From Promethearchaeota archaeon (GTDB taxonomy: Archaea > Asgardarchaeota > Lokiarchaeia > Sigyniarchaeales > SOKP01): DNA of 10,317 nt. Made by a program: the position numbers and the translations under genes. The stretch is from contig JBHLME010000144.1 in assembly GCA_048938445.1 (NCBI GenBank), positions 1-10,317 on the forward strand, written 5' to 3'. The notes beneath the pieces are model-generated. The model was not told the origin of the DNA, searched no databases, and saw nothing but the letters and a program-made list of their open reading frames with translations. Positions 1 to 6,722 of the stretch are shown here, one piece after another (position 1 is the stretch's first letter; every line of letters begins with the position of its first letter).

Positions 1-679
1 AAATTATTAGAGTGTCATTTGTTATTTTCGATAAATGATCAATAACATTATGTTGTGACAGAGCTGGAGCTTGGTTATAGTAATCTTGCGGTCTCGTAGG
101 ATTGATTGAACTATCTCTAATTAAATCTTCAGCAGTAAACATTCCATGTATTTTTTCTTTAGGATGCTCTTTCATGAATTTTATAAACTCTGGAGTATAT
201 CCTCCCTCTGCTCCTTCATAAAACGCCCTTATAGGATCTTTTAACTTCAATTCATGATTAGCGATTTTAGAATCAATGTATTCCTTTATTTCAGCATTAC
301 TATATTCTACTTTTGGAACTGTATTTATAAGTATCAATTTATTTACATAATCGGGATATTTTAAAACAAAATTTTGAACAATCATGCCCCCTAAAGAATA
401 TCCTAGTATGTGTGTTTTTTTGATATTGAGATAATCCATCAGAGCTCTTGTATCCTCCACGAACATTCCCATTGAATAAGGTTCATTAGGACGGTCAGAT
501 TTTCCCGATCCCCTATTATCAAATCGTATTACTTTATAACTTTTTGAGAGGATCTCAACTTGTCCAATGAATACTTCTTTTTTGGAACCAAATCCATGTA
601 TTAAGAAAAGTGGTTCTCCTTTCCCTCTAATTTCATAGCATATATTTATTCCATTTAATTCTGCAAATAACTCGTTCAT
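1..679 (-). CDS. Alpha/beta-fold hydrolase (Abhydrolase_1 type), 3' end beyond the window edge
   Basis: Not in the ORF track because there is no stop inside the window. Manual translation from ATG at 679 is open to position 1: MNELFAELNGINICYEIRGKGEPLFLIHGFGS...YKVIRFDNRGSGKSDRP...THILGYSLGGMIVQ...HLSKITNDTLII. It has the HGF oxyanion motif, the DxRGxGxS motif and the GxSxG nucleophile elbow. Confidence 0.93.
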   Translation of the reverse strand, partial: MNELFAELNGINICYEIRGKGEPLFLIHGFGSKKEVFIGQVEILSKSYKVIRFDNRGSGKSDRPNEPYSMGMFVEDTRALMDYLNIKKTHILGYSLGGMIVQNFVLKYPDYVNKLILINTVPKVEYSNAEIKEYIDSKIANHELKLKDPIRAFYEGAEGGYTPEFIKFMKEHPKEKIHGMFTAEDLIRDSSINPTRPQDYYNQAPALSQHNVIDHLSKITNDTLII

Positions 680-750
680 GATGCTTGAATAAAATTTAAC
701 ATTAAATTATAAGATTATGATGAGATTTTACACCTATTAACATTAGTATG

Positions 751-762
751 AAAATATAAATA
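751..762 (+). promoter_or_regulatory. Putative archaeal BRE/TATA promoter of kinase 1
   Basis: AAAATATAAATA: a purine run followed by a TATA-like box in the divergent intergenic region. The same 12-mer lies at 3284-3295, upstream of kinase 2. The AT-rich background limits certainty. Confidence 0.4.
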
Positions 763-830
763 TAATTTCTTTTATGATTTATAGAAAGAATTTTTTCTTA
801 TTCAAGTTCATCAATACTCACCTGACAAAT

Positions 831-2585
831 ATGGAAGAAAAATATAAAAAAATATTTGAAAATGTTAGTGATATAATATTTTTATTAGATCTTGAAGGGA
901 ACATCATTGATATTAATAAAACAGCAAGTGATATATTAGGTTTTACCAAGGATGAACTTATCAAAAATAAGAATTATAAATCCTTTATTGATAAAAAGAT
1001 TATCCAAGATAACATTTCCCAAACAATTGAAAAGGATTTTTATGTTTTTGAGTATGATTTAAAAAAAAAAGATGAAACTCTTGCTCCTGTTGAAATTAGC
1101 ATGAAGTTGTTTGACCTTGCTAATGAAAGAATCATACTAGGTGTTGCTCGCAATATTAAAAAAAGAAAAAAGATTGAAAAAGCGTTAAAAGATAAAATAA
1201 GTGAACAAGAATTACTTTTAGATAATTTGGATTTTCAAATTTGGTATTTAGTAGAGCCCGAAAGTTATGTGGCAGTGAATAAAGCTCGAGCAGAATTTTT
1301 AGGTTTTAAAAAAAAAGATTTGGTAAGTAGAAACATTTATGAATTCCAAAGTAAAAAAGAAGCTGATGCATGTTTTAATGGGAATGAAAGAGCCTTTTTA
1401 GAGAAATGCCAAATCCGAACGGAAGAATGGTTAAAAAATGCTAAAGGAGAATACAGATTGTGTAGAGTAATTAGAACTCCAAAATTAGATGAGAATGGCA
1501 ATGTTGAATATTTAATCTGTACTTCAGAAGATATTACTGAACTTAAAAAAGCCGAAGAAGAAATGAAAAGTAGAATTAAAAAGACAGAAATATTAAATAA
1601 AATCATTATTGCGGGTAATGAAGCCAAAGATGTAAATAATCTTTTAAAAATAATATTAGCTTCTACCCTAGAATTATTAAAATTTGAAGGTGGGGGAATA
1701 TATTTACTTGATAATAACAATGGATATGCCAAGGTAGTATGCAATATAGGTCTTCCAGAAGATTTCGTAGAAAACGTAAAAAGTGTAAAAATTGATGAAT
1801 CACCATATAATATGATTTTTTTACAGGGAAAAGCAATTTTTACAGCTGATTATCATAAAATCCATCCTGAAAGATCAAAAAAGTGGGGCCTTTTATCCTT
1901 AGCAAGTGTTCCAATAATTGCTGAAGAGCAAATTATAGGGGCTTTAAATATTGCGTCAATGAGTCGATACTCCTTCTCAGAAGAGGAACGAGATTTATTA
2001 CAATTTGTTGGAAGAGAAATGGGCAATATTCTCTCAAAATTGAAAGCTGAAGAAAAACTAAAAGAATCAGAAGAACGCTACCGACAAGCTTATAATCGAG
2101 TAGATTTTTATAAAAATATATTTGCTCATGATATAAACAATATTCTTCAGAACATAAAAATGGGTATTGATCTTAATTTAAAAAAATTAAATTCAAATAA
2201 CGATATTGAAGTTATTAGGAAACTTAATTTAATGATAAAAGAACAAGTAAATAGAGCTGAAAAACTTGTATCAAATATTCGAAAACTCTCACAAATGGAA
2301 GAGGAAGTAGAAATCAAATTAAAAAAAATAAACCTAATAAATGTATTAGAAAATTCTATAAAATATATAAAAAAGGGATTCAAGTTTAAGGAAACAAATA
2401 TAATTCTTAATGCAAACTTTAAAAATTTATACATTAATGGGAATGAATTACTACAGGATGTATTTGAAAATATTTTAATCAATTCTATAAATTATACTGA
2501 AAAAGACATTGTAAATATTGAAATTAATATCTTAAAACAAAAAAAAAAAAAAATTAAATTATATTCGAATGGAGTTTATAGATAA
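831..2585 (+). CDS. PAS-PAS-GAF sensor histidine kinase (kinase 1), main frame, truncated within the HATPase domain by a frameshift
   Basis: Two PAS/PAC domains (IFENVSDIIFLLDLEGNIIDIN...ARNI; LLDNLDFQIW...SEDITE), a GAF domain (FEGGGIYL...SVPIIAEEQIIGALNIAS...FSEEE), H-box FAHDINNIL (His at 2127-2129) and N-box FENILINSINY. G1/G2 boxes are absent from this frame. The ORF is open from ATG 774, but ATG 831 (MEEKYKKIFE) directly precedes the first PAS domain and is the more likely start. Confidence 0.9.
   Translation: MEEKYKKIFENVSDIIFLLDLEGNIIDINKTASDILGFTKDELIKNKNYKSFIDKKIIQDNISQTIEKDFYVFEYDLKKKDETLAPVEISMKLFDLANERIILGVARNIKKRKKIEKALKDKISEQELLLDNLDFQIWYLVEPESYVAVNKARAEFLGFKKKDLVSRNIYEFQSKKEADACFNGNERAFLEKCQIRTEEWLKNAKGEYRLCRVIRTPKLDENGNVEYLICTSEDITELKKAEEEMKSRIKKTEILNKIIIAGNEAKDVNNLLKIILASTLELLKFEGGGIYLLDNNNGYAKVVCNIGLPEDFVENVKSVKIDESPYNMIFLQGKAIFTADYHKIHPERSKKWGLLSLASVPIIAEEQIIGALNIASMSRYSFSEEERDLLQFVGREMGNILSKLKAEEKLKESEERYRQAYNRVDFYKNIFAHDINNILQNIKMGIDLNLKKLNSNNDIEVIRKLNLMIKEQVNRAEKLVSNIRKLSQMEEEVEIKLKKINLINVLENSIKYIKKGFKFKETNIILNANFKNLYINGNELLQDVFENILINSINYTEKDIVNIEINILKQKKKKIKLYSNGVYR
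2539..2553 (+). repeat. A15 homopolymer at the kinase 1 frameshift
   Basis: Counted directly: C at 2538, then 15 A, then TTAAATTATATTCGAATG. It is the longest homopolymer I found in the window. Confidence 0.95.
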
Positions 2586-2793
2586 TGGGATTGGAATTCA
2601 AGATTCTTTAAAAAAAAGAATTTTTGAAGGTGGCTTTAATAAACATCCAAGTGTGAAAGGAATGGGTTTGGGGCTTTCACTTGTAAAAAAGGTAATACAA
2701 ACATATAATGGTACAATCTGGGTTGAAGATAAAATAATAGGAGATTATTCTAAGGGTAGCAAATTCATAATATTAATCCCCGAAGTTAAGTAA
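2569..2793 (+). CDS. C-terminal HATPase_c fragment of kinase 1 (+1 frame continuation, probably not an independent gene)
   Basis: Contains G1 (DNGIGI), F (RIFE) and G2 (GMGLGLSLVK) boxes and the IWVEDK..GD.S.GS.F tail. It is colinear with the C-terminus of the intact kinase at 3399-5666. Confidence 0.9.
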   Translation: MEFIDNGIGIQDSLKKRIFEGGFNKHPSVKGMGLGLSLVKKVIQTYNGTIWVEDKIIGDYSKGSKFIILIPEVK

Positions 2794-2847
2794 TTAACAG
2801 AAAAGATAATTGGATCATAAATTGAAGGTGTATAAAAAATAGTATCT

Positions 2848-3204
2848 GTGTTTATAGTTGAGGATGATTTAACTTTACAAAAAATATATTTGGAAATTCT
2901 CACGACATTCGGATATGAGGTAATAGATACCGCAATTAATGGGGAAGAAGCCGTAGAAAAATTTAAATCCTTTTTAGAAAAACCAGAAATTATAATAATG
3001 GATTATAGAATGCCTCTAAAAAATGGCATAGATGCCACAAAAGAAATATTAAAATTAGACTCTGATTCTAGAATAATTTTTGCAAGTGCTGACTCTTCTA
3101 TAGAGACATTAGCTCTCTCAATAGGTGCTATTTCTTTCCTTGAAAAACCTTTTGATATTGATAATTTAATCGATTTAATTCAAAAAATACCACAAATGCT
3201 ATAG
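2848..3204 (+). CDS. Single-domain response regulator (CheY-like receiver)
   Basis: Acidic pocket IVEDD, phosphoacceptor in IIIMDYRMP (Asp at 3001-3003), Ser in FASAD and the FLEKPF Lys-Pro motif, with no output domain. The start is uncertain: GTG 2848 or ATA 2839. Confidence 0.95.
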   Translation: MFIVEDDLTLQKIYLEILTTFGYEVIDTAINGEEAVEKFKSFLEKPEIIIMDYRMPLKNGIDATKEILKLDSDSRIIFASADSSIETLALSIGAISFLEKPFDIDNLIDLIQKIPQML

Positions 3205-3283
3205 TGGTTAAATTAACATATTTTAAGAAAGAAATTCTGGTTAATTTTATTGGTATTCGATTTGTGGTCAAAAAATAACAAGA

Positions 3284-3295
3284 AAAATATAAATA
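3284..3295 (+). promoter_or_regulatory. Putative BRE/TATA promoter of kinase 2
   Basis: AAAATATAAATA, identical to 751-762 and followed by a T9 run (3300-3308). The T run could alternatively terminate the upstream receiver transcript. Confidence 0.35.
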
Positions 3296-3398
3296 CAACT
3301 TTTTTTTTATAATAGAGTGAATTAAAGTTTTAAATTATTTCATTTATAATTTCAACTTTTCTAAAAAACCGATTAATATTCCTTAGGGCAATGTTTAT

Positions 3399-5666
3399 AT
3401 GAACATTCAATACATGCCTGTGGTTGATAGTCTTAAAGCAATAGTAATAAGCTTGTCCAAAGATTATAAAATTATGGATTTAAACCGAGAGGCACAAAGA
3501 TATTATGAAATGAATCCTGAGGATGTAATTGGAAAACAGTTTTTAAAATATTTTATTCCTAAAGAAAATCATGAAGTCATACAAGAAATTCTTCAAAATG
3601 TTGTTGATGGAATAAGTACAAATGGATATGAAATACTAATTAAAACCAGAAACAATCGAGAATTTATTATTCAATGGACTTTCTCACGTTTAATTGATAA
3701 TGAAGATCAATTTATTGGAATGGTTGCTCTTGGACAAGATATCACGCCTTTTAAAATTAAAGAAAAAAAATTAATGGAATCTGAAGAAAATTACAAGATT
3801 TTCTTACAAAATTTTCAAGGTATTGCATATCAAGCATATCTAGATACGTTTAAACCTAGGCTTTTTATAGGTAAAGTAAAGGAAATTACAGGATATACTC
3901 CAGAAGAATTTCTTGAACAAAAGATTAGATGGGATGCGATTATACATCCTGATGATCAATCTAAAATTTATGATGAGAGTAAAAAATTAGTTGATAATCC
4001 TAATTATGTAGCTGATAATGAATATCGCATTTATCAAAAGAATGGAAATATAAAATGGGTGCGCGATATTAGTTTAAAGGTATTAGATACAAGAACTAAA
4101 AAAAAAATTCTTCAAGGTTCGGTATTTGACATTTCTGAAAGAAAAAGAATAGAACAAGAATTAGAAATTCAGAAGGCTCTCTTGGAAAGCATTTTTAAAG
4201 CAGCACCAACGGGGATAGGACGAGTAGTCGACCGCGTATTTACAGATGTAAATGACCGTTTTTGTGATCTTGTTGGTTATTCTCGTGAAGAGCTTTTAGG
4301 TGAGAGTGCGAAGATGGTCTATCCCTCAGAAGAAGACTATAATCTTGTTGGTAAAAAAAAATACAATCAAATAGCCAAGTATGGAATTGGTACTGTTGAG
4401 ACAAGATTTAAACATAAAAATGGAGAAGTTCTTGACATTCTTCTTAGCTCTTCTCCTATAGATGTTGATGACCTTTCAAAAGGAGTTACTTTCACTGCTC
4501 TTGATATTACAAACCGTAATAAAATTGAAAAAGATTTACGGAATGAAAGAAATCTTTTTAAACAAATTACCCTTACGAGTCCAGCAGGTATTTCAGTTAT
4601 AAATAAGGAAGGTGAAATAGTGTTTGCAAACACTCAAGCCGAAAAAGTTTTAGGATTGACTAGAGATCAGATCACAAAACGAACATATAATGAACCAAGT
4701 TGGCGTATCACGCATTATGATGGAAGTCCATATCCTGATAAAGATCTTCCATTTCAAAAAGTTAAAAATGAAAAAAAAGCTTTTTTTGATATAAGGCATG
4801 CTATAGAACATCCTAATGGTGAAAGGATATTTCTTTCCATTAATGCGGCTCCACTTTTAACAAGAGAAGGAAATTTCAATGGTATGATCGCTACTGTAGA
4901 AGATATTACTAGAAAAATACTTGTTGAGCAAAAATTAAAAGATTCGGAAGAACGATATCGACAGGCTTATAATCGTGTAGATTTTTATAAGGATTTATTT
5001 GCTCATGACATTAATAATATCCTTCATAATATCTTGATGGGAATTCAACTTAATTATAATAAATTAAAAGAATTAGGAAATATCGATAAATATAAAGAAA
5101 ATTATCAGATTATTAGAGAACAAGTCAATAGAGGGGCAAAATTAGTCTCAAATATTAGAAAAATTTCCCAAATAGAGGAAGAAGAAATCCATATAAAACC
5201 AATAGAAATAATAGCTATTTTAAATAATTCAATAACTTTTGTTAAGAAGAGCTTTAAATACAAAACCTTATTTATTAAATGTGAAACGGAATTAAAGGAA
5301 ATATGCATTAATGGTAATGAATTTGTTCAAGAAATATTTGATAATATTCTCATAAATGCCATAAAATTTACCACTAATACAAACATTTTAATCAAAATTA
5401 TAATATCTAAGGTATTAATTGATAATAAGAATTATTATAAAATGCAATTTATAGATAATGGGATAGGAATACCAGATTCTATAAAAAAAAAAATTTTTGT
5501 TCGATCAAATCATAAAAGCAAAGCATTTGGTGGGATGGGGCTCGGTCTTTCATTGGTCAAAAAGATTGTTGAGAGTTATCATGGAGAGATATGGGTGGAG
5601 GATAAAATAAAAGGTGATTCTTCTCAAGGGAGTAATTTTATCGTGTTATTTCCAGAAATTGAATAA
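3399..5666 (+). CDS. Cytoplasmic multi-PAS (4x) sensor histidine kinase (kinase 2)
   Basis: Four PAS/PAC units ending in GQDIT, VFDIS, ALDIT and VEDIT, one with the IHPDD motif. H-box FAHDINNIL (His at 5004-5006), N-box FDNILINAIKF, G1 DNGIGIP and G2 GMGLGLSLVK are present. No transmembrane segment is evident. Confidence 0.96.
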   Translation: MNIQYMPVVDSLKAIVISLSKDYKIMDLNREAQRYYEMNPEDVIGKQFLKYFIPKENHEVIQEILQNVVDGISTNGYEILIKTRNNREFIIQWTFSRLIDNEDQFIGMVALGQDITPFKIKEKKLMESEENYKIFLQNFQGIAYQAYLDTFKPRLFIGKVKEITGYTPEEFLEQKIRWDAIIHPDDQSKIYDESKKLVDNPNYVADNEYRIYQKNGNIKWVRDISLKVLDTRTKKKILQGSVFDISERKRIEQELEIQKALLESIFKAAPTGIGRVVDRVFTDVNDRFCDLVGYSREELLGESAKMVYPSEEDYNLVGKKKYNQIAKYGIGTVETRFKHKNGEVLDILLSSSPIDVDDLSKGVTFTALDITNRNKIEKDLRNERNLFKQITLTSPAGISVINKEGEIVFANTQAEKVLGLTRDQITKRTYNEPSWRITHYDGSPYPDKDLPFQKVKNEKKAFFDIRHAIEHPNGERIFLSINAAPLLTREGNFNGMIATVEDITRKILVEQKLKDSEERYRQAYNRVDFYKDLFAHDINNILHNILMGIQLNYNKLKELGNIDKYKENYQIIREQVNRGAKLVSNIRKISQIEEEEIHIKPIEIIAILNNSITFVKKSFKYKTLFIKCETELKEICINGNEFVQEIFDNILINAIKFTTNTNILIKIIISKVLIDNKNYYKMQFIDNGIGIPDSIKKKIFVRSNHKSKAFGGMGLGLSLVKKIVESYHGEIWVEDKIKGDSSQGSNFIVLFPEIE

Positions 5667-5721
5667 TTTGGTTTAAGAAAGGAGAAATAGAGTATATATA
5701 TTATGCAAATTTGAATAATTA

Positions 5722-6531
5722 TCATGCCACGATAATGATAATAAAATAAACTAAGATGAGGTTTCCTAAAATTATTCCTATATCCTTCAATGAAGTCCAA
5801 CCTAAGATATCTTCTCGAGGTCTTCTAAAGATGTACATTATTCCAAATGGAAATATGATAAATGGTAAAAATAACACGTCGAATGTCAATATTATGGAAA
5901 TTATTCCAACTACTAATGAAATTATTGCTGAACACCAAATTACTACTTGAGCCGTTTTAGGATTTAATTTAGCTAAACTGTCACCGTCTATCATTTCATG
6001 AAGCATCTGACCTGTAAAGGCTACTGAGGCGGTGCATGCTAGAAATAACCATTCAAAGGAAGATAAAATTGGAAAAATGACTACAGTAGGTGATGCATTT
6101 AACTTAATCATAAAATAGGGAAGAAAAATATGACTTACTCCTAAAATAATGTGATTAATAATGACGAATCTTTTATAAATACAATAAATTACAACTAAAA
6201 TGACAATAATGGCCAAATAAATTCCTAAAATGGGTTTATTTTTAATTTCATATGCAAAACAAAGGGTTCCTAAAAAAAGGGAGGCAATGGCAAGGGTACC
6301 AATTTCTTTTCTCCCATATCCTTTTACTCTCTCAAGAGTCTCTTTTTCATTCGGATCTTTCATGTCAATCATATCATTGAGCGTATTTCCTGTAATTGCA
6401 TAAAAACCAAATCCTGCTAATAAAAAAATATGGTCTACGATTTCATAACCATTGAGATATATCGCCAACAGGCACGGTATCAATACTGAAAAGAGATATT
6501 CAAGCCGAAGAAGTCCAAATCCCTTACTCAT
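5722..6531 (-). CDS. UbiA-superfamily prenyltransferase-like integral membrane protein (divergent)
   Basis: About 8 hydrophobic helices, a first Asp-rich motif GNTLNDMIDMKD (aa 48-59), a YxxxK motif (YCIYK, aa 116-120) and a degenerate second acidic motif HEMIDGD (aa 178-184). The order and spacing match the UbiA fold. Substrate unknown. Confidence 0.72.
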   Translation of the reverse strand: MSKGFGLLRLEYLFSVLIPCLLAIYLNGYEIVDHIFLLAGFGFYAITGNTLNDMIDMKDPNEKETLERVKGYGRKEIGTLAIASLFLGTLCFAYEIKNKPILGIYLAIIVILVVIYCIYKRFVIINHIILGVSHIFLPYFMIKLNASPTVVIFPILSSFEWLFLACTASVAFTGQMLHEMIDGDSLAKLNPKTAQVVIWCSAIISLVVGIISIILTFDVLFLPFIIFPFGIMYIFRRPREDILGWTSLKDIGIILGNLILVYFIIIIVA

Positions 6532-6551
6532 TTAAATCACAATTCTAATTT

Positions 6552-6559
6552 TATATAAA
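6552..6559 (-). promoter_or_regulatory. Putative TATA box of the UbiA-like gene (leaderless geometry)
   Basis: The minus strand reads TTTATATA 21-28 nt upstream of the ATG at 6531. This matches the archaeal TATA consensus and would place the transcription start at or near the ATG. Confidence 0.4.
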
Positions 6560-6722
6560 TTGTTAATAGATAGATTAATTGTATTAAGTGAATACTTGCT
6601 TAAAAATGATGAAAATTAAATTATGAAGCATCAATTCAATTTGCGAAATGATTATTTTTATATAACATTTATTAAAGATTTTATCGAATGTATATCATAT
6701 ATACAATTTAAGTGTTAAATTT

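Noticed and set aside
774-830. N-terminal extension MIYRKNFFLFKFINTHLTN of kinase 1
   Set aside because: It looks like translated AT-rich leader, lies too close to the putative TATA box, and PAS homology begins just after Met at 831.
1061-1070. Other poly-A runs (A10 at 1061-1070; A11 at 5483-5493) as switches
   Set aside because: Both are in frame and encode Lys runs typical of AT-rich genes. They also show that long A tracts are common here, which tempers the A15 interpretation.
1337-1744. 135-aa minus-strand ORF
   Set aside because: Antisense shadow inside kinase 1 with no motifs.
2147-2482. 111-aa minus-strand ORF
   Set aside because: F/I/S-rich antisense shadow of the K/E/N-rich kinase 1 frame.
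4367-4633. 88-aa minus-strand ORF
   Set aside because: Antisense shadow inside kinase 2.
5105-5308. 67-aa minus-strand ORF
   Set aside because: Antisense shadow of kinase 2. Its similarity to 2147-2482 only mirrors the kinase paralogy.
5756-5950. 64-aa plus-strand ORF
   Set aside because: N/I-rich antisense shadow of the hydrophobic UbiA-like gene.
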